DNA from: Lepidodermella squamata
Lineage: Eukaryota; Animalia; Gastrotricha
Assembly (NCBI GenBank): GCA_047495785.1
Contig: JBLDXI010000050.1
Coordinates: 124,001-188,000, forward strand
DNA: 64,000 nt
Reading direction: 5' to 3'
Shown piece by piece: positions 1-16,644 of the stretch (the stretch's first letter is position 1; each line of letters begins with the position of its first letter). Below the pieces are notes generated by a model. That model worked only from the letters and a program-made list of their open reading frames with translations. It was not told the origin of the DNA and searched no databases. The translations under genes were made by a program, and so were the position numbers.

Positions 1-1
1 C

Positions 2-250
2 CTATTCCAATCAGACCCGATAACTCCTATACCACTCGACGACTACGGCCAACCGGACGAGGCTGGGAAGCGATACCCACCCGGGGCCTATTTCCGATAC
101 GCCTGTAACGATGGCTACAACAAGATTGACGAAGATCTGGACACAATTTACTGCCGAAATGGCGGATATTGGCTTACGAAGCTTAACAAAGAGATTGGAG
201 AGATTTGCTTGTTTTTCCCTAACTGGATGGCTCAAAAACGGCTAAAATAG
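2..250 (+). CDS. 3' end of a Sushi/CCP-domain protein (gene starts before the window)
   Basis: Frame 2 is open from the window start to TAG at 248-250: ...YPPGAYFRYACNDGY...IYCRNGGYW...C..., the CCP pattern. AATAAA follows immediately. Not in the ORF track because there is no start codon. Confidence 0.7.
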   Translation, partial: LFQSDPITPIPLDDYGQPDEAGKRYPPGAYFRYACNDGYNKIDEDLDTIYCRNGGYWLTKLNKEIGEICLFFPNWMAQKRLK

Positions 251-368
251 AAATAAAACAATCTATTGTATTAGAAAAATGTACTAAAGTGATTTTTTTG
301 CTTACAACCTATTCAAAGTCAACTTGGGTGGGGCGGGGAGCTACATAGTACCATTCAGTGCTTTAACA

Positions 369-827
369 ATGAGATTTCAATTAGCTCTATGGCTTCTCGG
401 TGCTTGGTTGGGCTTTTCTGTTGGCAGGGTTACTTTCCAGGCAGATTACGGGGCTGATTGCTTCTTCGACTCGCAGTGCTTTTCCGTACTCGAATGCAAG
501 AAGGTAAACGAAACGTATCAGCGCGGGGAGTGCTCTTGCAAGGACGATTGGATCTGGAACGCCTCGGACCAGCAATGTGTCGATCCGGAGCCTGAGACAA
601 CGACTACGAGTACTACGACTCAAAGTACAACACCAGCGACTACGCTGAGCCCGGAGGACATGTTTAATGCGGCGATGGCCAAGTGCAACTTGAATTGTCA
701 GCAGGTCTATCGGAAGAAATACATTGGGCTAGTTGCGGCTGGATCTTGTGAAGTTGTTGGAGATCCGGCTAAAATCTCTGTTATTTGCCCGAGAGGATAC
801 ACCTGTAAATGCTACTTGCTACTTTGA
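369..827 (+). CDS. Secreted Cys-rich protein: EB/EGF-like module, Thr-rich linker, second 6-Cys domain
   Basis: ATG 369 begins the signal peptide MRFQLALWLLGAWLGFSVG. It is followed by YGADCFFDSQC...C..CSCKDDW.W.....C, a TTTT linker and a C-terminal CNLNC...C...C....C.C. AATAAA at 841. Confidence 0.75.
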   Translation: MRFQLALWLLGAWLGFSVGRVTFQADYGADCFFDSQCFSVLECKKVNETYQRGECSCKDDWIWNASDQQCVDPEPETTTTSTTTQSTTPATTLSPEDMFNAAMAKCNLNCQQVYRKKYIGLVAAGSCEVVGDPAKISVICPRGYTCKCYLLL

Positions 828-1764
828 ATTGATCCAAGCTAATAAAGAAGTTGAGACACAATGCAGCAGAGTGGTTCAAATTAGTTTGGGAATTTTCACT
901 TAAAGAGAGGAATTAACCCTCCTTAATAGATTTCACTCTAGACTCCAGATGTGAAGTAGTAATTTAACTTAAGCATGTGCCTGCGTGACTAAAGAATTGA
1001 AAGAATTAATCAAGGATATGAGTCAATTTCGCCAGTCGAAGACTAGCCAAGAAACCAGTGATTGTCGCATCTAACGTTGCTATGACTAGTCGCTGAATTT
1101 CTGTTGCTGCACGATTCCGGATGGAAAACCGGATCTGCATCGCGACAGCTACCAACAAGAGATTTCGACGACCTCGTTTTTCACCTCATTTTGTCAAATT
1201 TTTAGTTTTGCACGTGAAATTGCTTTTGAATAAAATTAGGGTTTTCGCTGTTCTATTGACTTTCCTAAGATTCTCGAGAAAATGCGTTTTCTGGGGGTTT
1301 TGAGGCCAATTCCGAGCAAAATGCTGCCCAAATTTGTGGCAGTTTCAAACCATTGAGAAACATATGTTTGTATGTATTGTATTGTATTGTATTATATTGA
1401 TTGTATTGAATTGTATGTATTGAGGCATTATTTGCTTTTTGAGCCCATCCGCATAGCTGATAGCCGACCCGTTAGGTTTGAGATCCCAAGAGACCAACCC
1501 TGGTTTTCATCAGAATTTCCCGCTCTACAGGATGATACACATATACCTCTAGGCCATGAATAATTGAGCGCTATGGGTAATTATATGTTCACATAATTTT
1601 ACACGTTGGACATTTTTCTATTGTTCAGACCTCAGACCCACAGGAAGTTTGATATTCGGGAAGTTCGAAATTACAAGTGACGCGTGATCGATGAGTTATA
1701 TTCGGCTGTATCGTCATTTCAGCGTTGCAGCTACACATAATAAAAACCCCGCGGTATCAACTAC

Positions 1765-2934
1765 ATGGCATCCCTTATAATTTTGCTTTTGGTGGTTGAG
1801 CTGGCGTCTGTAGAAGCTGCGTCATCAGCAGCTGGGAAGTTTGAGGCGAGATTCGCTGAATCCTGTCCAGCAGTTCTGTCAAAAAGTCTACCGATGGATC
1901 AAGCGGTTTACACCAACAACAGCCGTCCGATTGTCGTGAATATCAAAATGCTTCTCCATCATTTCGTCGGTATCGATGACGTGGAGCAAAAGCTGTCTCT
2001 TCTTGCGCAGCTGTCTATGCATTGGGCGTTGCCATGCGAAACTCCGGATTGCACAGATTTATTACCTGAACCAGAGTGCAATATGCCCTACCGTGATGAC
2101 TTATATTTCAAGGTTCCCGCTTTGGATATATGGACGCCGGAGATTTATCATTTTACAGCATTTCATTCGCCTTTTTTTGGTCGCAGAAACATTGATCAGG
2201 TCTGGATCTATCCATTTTATCCACGTGAAGTAAATTATATCGTGTTTGACCGGTTCGATGTTTCCTGCACAGATTTCAGTTACAGAAAATTCCCGTTCGA
2301 CACCCAAGCCTGCTCTTTAGTTTTCGAATCAGCTGATGCTAACAGGGACGTGGCGCTGTACCTTCAAAAATTTGAAATCGACACAGCTGCGCGCAACTCC
2401 TTCATCGTGGACTCGGATATATGGTCTCTTGTGGAGCCCCTTGAGAATGTCAGCAAACCATCCTCGCATGGAAGCGGCACGTTCGTTGTTGACCAAGTAA
2501 ATTTGACAATGAGATTCCGGCGCAAAAGTGGCTACTACGTCTGTAACATTTTCGTCCCAACTATCACACTTTTTGTTCTTCAAGTGGTTTCTTTGATTGC
2601 CGAGTCTGTAAATAGAGATCAATCAGCGTTTTGCGTGACTGTCGTGCTTTCCTATGTGGTATTTCTCACCTTGATTTTTGGCATGATTCCGACAACTTCA
2701 GACCATGTATACCTTGTGTACATGGTCGCAGCTAAATTTATCGTGGCAGTCATGATCACGGCTTACACTTGTTTGAGTCCTAGTATTTCTCAGTCTCTAA
2801 AATCTCGTGTTGTCGAGTTACACAAATCGCTGACTATACCAATGCATCGGTTTATGGACCTGGGGATTGTTGGAGCGGCAGGCCTTATTGTAATTATTAT
2901 TGATGCTGTTCTTTTCTCCCTCATGCTATCTTGA
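1765..2934 (+). CDS. Divergent Cys-loop ligand-gated ion channel subunit (nAChR-like, non-alpha), intronless
   Basis: Signal peptide, IWTP motif, Cys-loop CTDFSYRKFPFDTQAC, RRKSGYY before M1, four TM helices, PTTSD M2-M3 loop. Confidence 0.92.
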   Translation: MASLIILLLVVELASVEAASSAAGKFEARFAESCPAVLSKSLPMDQAVYTNNSRPIVVNIKMLLHHFVGIDDVEQKLSLLAQLSMHWALPCETPDCTDLLPEPECNMPYRDDLYFKVPALDIWTPEIYHFTAFHSPFFGRRNIDQVWIYPFYPREVNYIVFDRFDVSCTDFSYRKFPFDTQACSLVFESADANRDVALYLQKFEIDTAARNSFIVDSDIWSLVEPLENVSKPSSHGSGTFVVDQVNLTMRFRRKSGYYVCNIFVPTITLFVLQVVSLIAESVNRDQSAFCVTVVLSYVVFLTLIFGMIPTTSDHVYLVYMVAAKFIVAVMITAYTCLSPSISQSLKSRVVELHKSLTIPMHRFMDLGIVGAAGLIVIIIDAVLFSLMLS

Positions 2935-3203
2935 ACTCTCAAATTCTCATCCCAATTTCTAATTTTCAGTAATTTTTATCACTGAGCTTTCAATCACTCA
3001 CGTGGCGCCAGTGCCCCATGGTTGGTATAATTTATTTAATGTGAACGACTAGGTATCTATTAAATAAAGTACCTGAGGAAATTTAAGTTGTGTATGTCCT
3101 TTTAGGCAAAAGAAAATCGAGTTATTCAAGGCTGCTTTCGTAGTGCAGGGAAAGCAACCACGTATCCAAACTCGAGGATCTTATTTCGTTGTTCTATTGA
3201 CAG

Positions 3204-3430
3204 GAACATTTCATGGTATCACCATAGTCGAGAAGGAATGCATGCCAGTCACACCTGAGGCTTATAACGGGTGTAAGACGCGGGCCACTGTAACCATCCC
3301 GATCCTCGATTGCAAATGCAACGATCGAGATTACTGCAACAGCTCCCCAAAGGCGAATTCTGCTGTTTCAGCGCTCATACTCGCATTTATCTGGTTTTTG
3401 TTAGAGATTTTGATCAGTGATCAAGCTTGA
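3204..3430 (+). CDS. Terminal exon of a Ly6/uPAR (three-finger, quiver/lynx-like) GPI-anchored protein; upstream exons not identified
   Basis: Acceptor cag at 3201-3203, then ...KEC...GC...CKCNDRDYCN followed by small residues (SS..ANSA) and a hydrophobic tail typical of a GPI signal. Confidence 0.6.
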
Positions 3431-3708
3431 TATTTGAACAATATATCCGAGCTGTAACCTTCCTGTTCTGTTATGCGTTTATTTTTTGCTCGTTACAGTA
3501 ATTTTTGGCAAAGAACAAAGAAGAAGCGTGTCTTCTTTCAAACAGCACACATGTCAACAAATAAACGTAGAGTAAAAATACTTTATTCAACAGCTTGTTT
3601 ATGACCTCTTTGTTCTCAGTTAAGCACAGTACTCGTAGCATACAACACATAGTATAATGACCGGCACGCATGAAAGCACTGGAATTGGCTCGTTATTGTT
3701 ACAATGAA

Positions 3709-4491
3709 TCACCACCACGTTTTTGGATAAGTCCTCTTCATTACTAAATTATTGAAAATCCAAGCAACAATGACCATAACAATCGCACCACAAGCGATAG
3801 GGAGGACTACGAAGATGAAAGCAGTGCCGTCTCGAGGTATCGGGCTGAAAGTTGCCCCGACAAGGGCTGTCGCGCCACCCGGGGGATGCGTCGTCCCAGT
3901 CAGTCGCATCGCAGCAACAGCTAGAGCCACTGATAACGGGGTGGCGACTAACGGGTAGTCGTAGAGCGCCAATCGGACGCAAATGCCGAGAATCGCGCTG
4001 ATAACATGCCCGCCTACAACGTTTCTCGGTTGGGCCAAGGGCGAGTCGTAAGCGTCGTAGGTCAGGACTGAAGTCGCTCCGAATGAGAAGGCAACGAATG
4101 CTAGTGGCAGGTTATCATGTGCCTTCGGGTCGTAGTACTTGTAGATCAACTCGTATTGGAACAACGCGACAACTAGCATTCCGATGAAGGAGATAAGGAA
4201 AGAAGCTAGGGCGTGAAGGAACAGGTTCTTCGCCTCCTCTGGGCTGCAGCATTCACATTTTTTCGCCGGAGGTTTCGCGGGGGCTTGAGACGTTCCAGGG
4301 GCGACCAAAGGAATGGCTTGATTCACCGGTTCGCCAGGCTTCAGCTGAGGCTTCCCAACAAGTTTCCTGAAGTAGTTGATAAAGTAGAGCTCGACAGGAT
4401 TTTGCCGTTGTTGCTTTCGTTGTGGTTTAGGCTCTTCAGCCATTTTCGACTCGAAAGTGGTGATGGTTGCGATTTCGCAGCCGTCGGCCAT
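3709..4491 (-). CDS. HPP-family integral membrane protein (nitrite-transporter-like), intronless
   Basis: Family motifs SFGATSVL, SPLAQPRNVVGGH and THPPGGATAL, C-terminal YPKTWW. The start is likely 4491 or 4443; the ORF track start is 4593. Confidence 0.9.
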   Translation of the reverse strand: MADGCEIATITTFESKMAEEPKPQRKQQRQNPVELYFINYFRKLVGKPQLKPGEPVNQAIPLVAPGTSQAPAKPPAKKCECCSPEEAKNLFLHALASFLISFIGMLVVALFQYELIYKYYDPKAHDNLPLAFVAFSFGATSVLTYDAYDSPLAQPRNVVGGHVISAILGICVRLALYDYPLVATPLSVALAVAAMRLTGTTHPPGGATALVGATFSPIPRDGTAFIFVVLPIACGAIVMVIVAWIFNNLVMKRTYPKTWW

Positions 4492-6109
4492 TTTTATACC
4501 CGGCGCTTTGTCGGAGTAGCAGCAGTGTGATGGCGGTGGTGAGAGAAAAACACTACGAGTTGGCTTGCCACCACTGTGGCGCACAGGCGGCATTTTTTGA
4601 AAAAAAATCGCCTATTCAATATTTTATGAGTTGTGCGTGTTAAATTATCATTGGCGCAGATGATATTTTACCGAAAGATCGCTATCTATAATACAGCGTT
4701 ATAGGGAGCTAGGCAGAACTCACGAATTTTAATTATCTAGATAGCGATCTCAGGTCGCGAATGACGTGCGTCAGAATATGGCCATGAAATTGAAGATAGC
4801 TGCTTACATTCGTTCAGCCTTGGTGAAATATCAGAAGCGAGAGCTATTCTGATGTTATAGAATACAGTTTTCGAAATCTAATAGCTGCACCCAAGGCTTT
4901 GTATTTTTACAAATGACTTTTGATAGCGGAACCTTTAAATAAGGACTATACAAGGTGCTTCATAATTCGTAATTTGCAAATTTTCGGAAAATGGAGATCT
5001 CAAGTGTTACACAATGATCAAGGGCGAGATTTTCTTAGCATTAATTCAATTAATCCAATAAGGTAATGTAAAAATACAGAAATACAATTAATTTATGGAA
5101 ATTTTAACTCAGAATTCTGGAATTTTGTTTATCGTATTTCCTAGAAAAGTGTGCCAAAGAAATTTAAAAAGTAAGTAAAATTTATGAGCTTTTCCTAACA
5201 GTGAAAGAGACATTTCAAGTAAATTAATGACAATATGCCAAAAACGATGAATAGGAACATATCTGTAGTGCCTGCACTGACCATATTGTAATAATGTTTA
5301 ATATTAAAGCTTGATATGTTTTTGAAAAAAATAGTCCTAAGTGCTGTAGTGTGTAAAATAATGAATGAGCTGTCGCGTGCTGGTTTCATTTTTTTCCGGA
5401 GTATTCTTTAGTTTGCTTCCTGCTTCAAAATACTACATAACTGAGTCACTACTATTAGGCTTGTGATCGAAAGAAAATTTCAAACTTTGAGTTTCAAAAA
5501 TAATAGAATGGGTTATCCTAGTGGGTCAATATTTCTCCCACACATAGCTCTTAGGTATGGCTAACACCAGGTAAAATTGGGTTATTATCCGATCGTTGAT
5601 TGCTGCGTAAAAGAATTCGCAAACTTACGCTATTCCTTCGATCAGAACCCTAAATTATACTGGATTTGTTGGTTTCCTTTGCGATAGTTTCGAGTCAGGT
5701 GGACAGAAACCATTGACCAGCATGTAATTCAATATTCAACCCTTGCCTAGCAGAATTCGTCAATTTTATCATGAAAAAGTAGCCCATTTAATCATAAAGG
5801 ATGCTTCGCGAACCCGTATGGTTTTCTCAATATTGCAGTCTCATTTTTTATCAAATTTTTCAAATTCGAATAAATAACGTGTGTTCTGCCTCGAAATTGT
5901 GCAGTAGACAGCAGAAGAATCGGAGCGACAGTTGCGCTTCTAGCTAAATCGATAGAATGATGTATGAATGACGCTCACCCATTCTTACCAGTGCATTGGC
6001 TGAGCTTATCAAATATTCCGCATTCAATCGAATGTAGTCTACATCGATTTCACGGGTAATATAACCAGTTGCCGCTTTTACGCCTTACGGAGAAACGTTA
6101 TTGGAAAAC

Positions 6110-6585
6110 ATGAATCAAACAACATTATCCTCGAGTTCAAACTCGACAGAAACAACGACCAACAAACGGCCATTTTTCTACCAATTTGAAAATGTAAGCC
6201 TTTTCAAGCGATGAATAACTCAACAGCCACATTTTCTTTGCGTTTCCAGACCGACTTTATAGGACACTGGGAATTCTCAGGCCCTGTAATAAGCGGCACC
6301 CTAATTGTCGTATCTCTATGCATTGGCATTACAGCCTTGGTCATATGGAAGTCGAACCAAGCGGACGAGCAAAGGAGGGCAACTACGGCACAACGGACGG
6401 ATACTGAAGCCAACGTGACTATAGTACAACCTTTATTGCCAGCAATTTCTTCAACAATAACAACGGAAGATACCCATCCGACAGAGACGACAAACTCCCC
6501 CGGGGCGAGTTGTGTTGTAGCAACGGAACAACTAAGTTCAATTAAGGAGACAATTTATAGAGGGGAAGGAACGAGCAACGAATAA
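6110..6585 (+). CDS. Small single-pass membrane protein (2 exons: 6110-6193, 6250-6585)
   Basis: ATG 6110, GTAAG donor at 6194, TTCCAG acceptor at 6249, phase 0. Ser/Thr-rich N-terminus with N-glycosylation sequons, one TM (VISGTLIVVSLCIGITALVIW), Thr-rich tail. Confidence 0.6.
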
Positions 6586-6989
6586 AGGGGAATAACAATA
6601 ATCTGTCTTTTTGTAACGAGCAACGTTTCCTGGTTTAGCCTAATTCCGTTTCAAGCCTAAGCAGCAATTACCTACTCACACACAAGCAGCGTATAAATCA
6701 TTCACGCCAGGTTAACGTGTAGGCCTGAGCCAAATTCGTGAAACAATAAAGCCGCTCAGTACACGGCTATATGCGACGTCACGAGCGTGAAAGGGAAAGC
6801 GTACTGAAACATGAGTCGATGCAGCAGCGTAAGATGAAAAAGCGGTGAGTTGTGCATGAAAAAACTAAACGCAGCAATTTGAATCAGCCTCAAAGCATAA
6901 ATAACGCGAATACATGGCTGTGCCGGAGTTATTCACTCGTTGATAATTCATCCGGCAAGTCATATCCTCTTAACTTTTTGATTAACTAA

Positions 6990-7862
6990 ATGCCCGACAA
7001 AGACTTCATCACTTGTAAATCAATGGCAGTTAAGCCAGATAATCGAATGTTGGAGGAACATTTGTTCCTTCGATGCGACGTGGTCCATTATTCGAATTTC
7101 AACCCGGAAGTTACATTCTGCATCACTGTTCGGCAATGTGACAGCAATGGATTGGTGATAGATCATAAAACTTTCCCTCGGAAACTTGGTCAAACCTTTG
7201 ATAGCCGAGTGAGGTAACACAATCATTACCTAATCATCCCTATTCATCCCTATAACTGATTTGTCTTATAGGAAAAATCGATTTTACGATATCAAAGTTC
7301 ATTCAACTTCGAATTTTGCTGAATCGTTAATCCTTGGAAGATGCTCGATGGCTCTTTCAGATTTATCTGATATTTGCTCCAAAAACGGTCTGGTCACAAC
7401 TGTCCCGGTAAGTCGGACACATTTTGCAGGTGATTCATTAGCTACAACTTCCGGTTTTTGTTTTAGTGCGATCTCGAGCCGAAAAATTCGGGAAAATTAA
7501 CACTTCGAGTTCGCCTCTTAAAAGAGTCTACAAGCCCCCCTGCAACTAGGGCCCCTCCTGTAATAAGGCAATCAATCGTCTCGTCAACTGGAAGTTCGTC
7601 CAGAAACAGCCAAAGGCTGTCTAATTTCTCGGCAGTTGAGAACGATTACGAAGCTCTGGTCAAACCTTTAATTCAGGTATTTTCGCGAAAATTCCTCCTT
7701 AAATCTAGGATAACTTTGTATTTTGTTCTATAGATTCCCTCTTTATCCTATGAAAGTGACCACGTTGTAGTCCAACGTCCCACTTCATCAATATCAACGA
7801 CATCAAGCTCTTCCGGTCAAAAACGGCGGTCTAGTTTATTCGAGAAATTGTTCAAAAAATAA
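6990..7862 (+). CDS. C2-domain-like protein with Ser-rich tail (4 exons: 6990-7213, 7272-7407, 7467-7676, 7734-7862)
   Basis: GT-AG introns join in frame. LGRCSMALSDL...DLEPKNSGKLTLRVRL resembles the final strands of a C2 domain. Ends KRRSSLFEKLFKK*. The start is uncertain. Confidence 0.55.
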
Positions 7863-7873
7863 AAAAAAATAAT

Positions 7874-9043
7874 TCAAGCAACAAATGTGCAGTAATCTAT
7901 ATAGGTACTGTTGCTGGTTACATTTGTAGAGAACTGACAATTGCCACCCATAACGCAGTCCGCAGTGAATTGCACCTCGTCATTGCGGCAAATCGACTCC
8001 ATTGTCGCAGTTATGAGCACTGAGACAATGGTCATTGTTTCGAAGAAGAAACTGGCAAGACGCCATTGCCATCTTATCGCAAATTTAGGCCGAGGTTTTG
8101 CGACAGGCTTTTTACTACAACACGACTTGCCAACCTCAACCATCTCATCTTCGTCTGATATTTTATGAACTATATGCATTACTTCATCATCCTCCTCAGA
8201 CATAACAACCAGTTTTATATCATTCGATAGGTCGATGTCTAGATTTGAAATACTTCCGCCAACCGGGTTTGAAAAGGCAGGGTCGAACTCGGTTTGAGTG
8301 GCGATTGTCGCAGACTTAGGCGGCATGTACGGGATTTCAGTGAAAAATAGATCGAAGATCTTAGAGTCGTATCTTCGATGGGTGAAACGCTTCAGTACCC
8401 CTTTGATCAACATTTGAGACAGTAGGAACAGGCAGACAAATGTGACTGTAGTCCAGCATAAGATGTTGAACAGCGTCCTGTGTTGCATGTTCTCATCCAG
8501 GCTCAACGTCCAGCGAATGTTTGTCGCAGTGTTGATAGTCATGAATGCAAAAGTTCCGATCAAATGAAAGGCGTTACTTATAGCTATCGGGATTTTGAAG
8601 CAATAGAAATTACAAAATGCGATCTTACCGCCTCCATCAGTGTGGAAAATCCCGATAAGAGGTAGACATAGGACTGAAATCAAATCGAGCCAGAACAACA
8701 CCCGTTCAGTATCATCCACGTTTTGAGTATAGGAATTGTACTGGCTGATGTAAAGAGCTGCTAAGCTACTTCCGATAATACAGGTTAGGGTTAGCAAGAA
8801 TCGATGACCAGCTCGTTTCGGATCAGCACAGTGCGAGCTGATCGTGTCATACAGCCCTTCTTTATCTTTGAAAATCAGATAAAGCGTTGCGTAGATGAAG
8901 TAAGGCAACATGAATGTCAGGATGAGGATCATGAGGATGTAGAGAAACACGGTCACGAATGGTGTGAAGTGCTCCGGCCGTGGAGGGGGAGCGATTGGAT
9001 GGTCGCCAAAGAGAAAATCCGTGTCATTGCTGAATTCTGACAT
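7874..9043 (-). CDS. Multi-pass membrane protein, Frag1/DRAM/TMEM150-like, intronless
   Basis: 389-aa ORF with about 6 hydrophobic helices, H-x-x-G (FHLIGTFAF) in a central helix, and FFE in the last helix after a long acidic loop. Confidence 0.6.
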   Translation of the reverse strand: MSEFSNDTDFLFGDHPIAPPPRPEHFTPFVTVFLYILMILILTFMLPYFIYATLYLIFKDKEGLYDTISSHCADPKRAGHRFLLTLTCIIGSSLAALYISQYNSYTQNVDDTERVLFWLDLISVLCLPLIGIFHTDGGGKIAFCNFYCFKIPIAISNAFHLIGTFAFMTINTATNIRWTLSLDENMQHRTLFNILCWTTVTFVCLFLLSQMLIKGVLKRFTHRRYDSKIFDLFFTEIPYMPPKSATIATQTEFDPAFSNPVGGSISNLDIDLSNDIKLVVMSEEDDEVMHIVHKISDEDEMVEVGKSCCSKKPVAKPRPKFAIRWQWRLASFFFETMTIVSVLITATMESICRNDEVQFTADCVMGGNCQFSTNVTSNSTYIDYCTFVA

Positions 9044-9640
9044 GATGTTAGCGAGGTGTGGCTTTGTTTGAAAGACTTGTTTTCTAAAAAAGCTACCGAT
9101 GCGCGTTTTTTAGCCTTATCATAGAACAAACATTCTTTTATCACAGGAAGAGATATTGCTTAATGAAGAGATAACGTCATTGCGGCTTTTTTTATCGAGA
9201 AAATTCTAAATTTCCATTTTTTAGGTTAATTTTTTCATGAAATTCATTTTTTTCTTCGCCATGGTAGAAATCTTATTATTCAACTTGTTTGCTATTAGGA
9301 AAATTCATTTGAAATTTATATAAAATTATTCATGCCTTAAAGTTGAAAATGAATCATCTTATTTTTTTTTATGAATTTCGAAAAATTGGTGATAGATGCA
9401 CCAATTTCTATGCCTATTTCAAACTAAAGTGAGCCATTACGCAAATTTATTTGGATACGTAACTTATCTCTGCGTGACTCTTTAAACCAGACATCGTGTG
9501 ACTCGAATTTATCTGAGGGCAAGAAGATACCCCCTTACTTCTTATCAGCAGGCAACTACGCAGTGCGCATTGCTTACTTAGATGATAACAACTGGTACGG
9601 AGCGGCCCGAAATTTACCAAGTGTTCTTATTTTACCCAAA

Positions 9641-14438
<4,798 letters not shown>

Positions 14439-14560
14439 AGCTATATAATTACTATCATATTAGAATAATTATTTTGATTACATTCAAATTATAAAAACTT
14501 GTCACGTACACATATCAGCTTTACGATGGAAATAAAAAAGTAATTGAACAACGTAAAATT

Positions 14561-16127
14561 ATGATTTTGACCCTAATTTACCTGGTGGCTGCTGTCGCTG
14601 ATCCAGCTTTATCAGCACTTGTCGCCATAACCACCCCCTCCTTACAAGAAGGTATGATTTTGAGGTCTTTTGAATCATAGACTTAGTTTCAAGTCTATGT
14701 AGGTCGGCCTTGTAATCGTCCTGATTTCGAAGCGGCAAGAGGCAGAGTTTTTCAGGGCGAAGAGCTTCAAGGTTCAGCGCCGTGGATTGCTGTAATTTTG
14801 GAGCTGTAAGTTCAATATTCTCGAATAAATTGCAAATTTTCTCATGGATTCAATCCAGAAATAAGAAAGGCAACGAAACTAGCAAATTAGGGTTAGCGAA
14901 GCTGTTTTTGATAGGAATTATTATATTGCTATTTCATGTCATAGAGGTCAATACAAAAGCGTTTGTACAGGATCTCTGATCAGGGAAGAATGGGTGCTGA
15001 CTGCAGCTCACTGTCTGACGAAAAGCGACTCTGACTCAGAAATGTATGACGTTCGCCATTTCAACATCTCTCAACATTAAACTGCCTCCTAGGATTTGGA
15101 GCGAAGAGTATGGACCAATGACCTGCAGCAAGCATTACGACATCATCGTTCGTTTTGGTCGAGGGCCAGTTGATGGCCCCAATCGAGAAATCATCGATAT
15201 CCCAGTCGATCACTACATCTACCATTCTGATTTCGATGCTGGTTCGTTATAACAGTCCTAGAGATAAGTATCTCAAAATATCTCCTAAATTTAGCGGACG
15301 AAATCGACTTAGCCTCTGGTGACATTGCCCTATTGCACCTTCGTCTTAATCGGTCCACCAATTCGAGATATACGATGGAAAAGGCAAATGAGCGTCATTT
15401 GTGTCTCCCCAAGTTGAATGATACCTTCACGATATTCCCAGAGATCACTCAAGACCCAGACCACGTTTGCGTAACTATCGGATTTGGCTTATGGTGGTCA
15501 CCGATTTTTAGCTCGACCCAACATGGGAAGCCCCAATCTTCTGTGAATGCAAGAGCTGGGATGGTGTTTTTAGCCCCTTTGGAGAACTGCTCCGAGCATT
15601 CGTATTTCGAAGAGGGAGGGTCAAGAATTTGCACACAGCCCCATGTCGACGAAACAAAACTCCGCCCAGTTTTACCGAATATGACTGCACTTCAAATATC
15701 AGAGGCAAATTCCGCTGGTAGGACGCAGGTTTGCGTCGGAGATTCCGGCGGTCCGCTGTTCTGCCGAGATGAGCACTCAAGATTTCGTTTCTCTGGCATT
15801 ACTTCTACAACTTTGGATACATTTTTCGGGATATGCGGGACTGGGAAATTTGACGTCTTTACGAATTTGTTTCATAACGACTACAACAAGTGGTTGCATG
15901 ATGTCTGGGTAAAATGGCCGTTGTGGAAGGCGCGATTTGAATGTGACGAGCTTGTCAATCGGGCCACTTTGTACTGCCTTAAAAAGTATCGCCGGACGTG
16001 CCCTTATGACATCAAATGTGGTGTGAATAAGACGCAGCGAGTTGTGCCTTATAATCAGCGACAGTATACCAGAATTAATTCGCTTGATCCTAAATACATT
16101 GTAAGATCAGCCTTTTATTGCCAGTAA
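14561..16127 (+). CDS. Secreted S1 (chymotrypsin-fold) serine protease with Cys-rich C-terminal extension, multi-exon
   Basis: Signal peptide MILTLIYLVAAVADPALS and activation site R-VFQG. Full catalytic triad: CTGSLIREEWVLTAAHC (~14965-15015), DIALLHL and GDSGGPL. Confidence 0.88.
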
Positions 16128-16644
16128 ATCTTTAAAATTGGCTTACTGTGAGACACCTTGCTAGGTTATGAATTATTTTTTATAATTTATAATTATCAAG
16201 TTATTTATTTATTTATTTATTTATCAAAAATTCATTCCCAAATTAAAAATTCACGAAAATTAATTGACGAAATTATTTATTTTGAATTTGAATTATTTCG
16301 AAATTATTTCCAATTAGCAAGGGTGCTAAGAAAAAAATCTTGTACTTTGATTCAATAGCAGTTTGTAGAGCTCCTGAGTAAACAAAGGGCATTCATTCAA
16401 AAACTAAGGCTAAGAACCAACTAAGCAATATACTGTAATATACGTCAGTGCTAGCTTTCGGCTCGTAGTCGTAGGTATAACAATTGCGGCGCTGTGTAAT
16501 CAGATGCCGACTCGGAACATATCATCTTTACGAGTAGTAGCCGCATGAAAATTTACCATATACCAGCAATTAGCTGCGATAATTTATTCAAGAAAAGAAC
16601 ATACATCAGACACTCAGCACCGTTTTTCACTCATTTTCGGTTCA

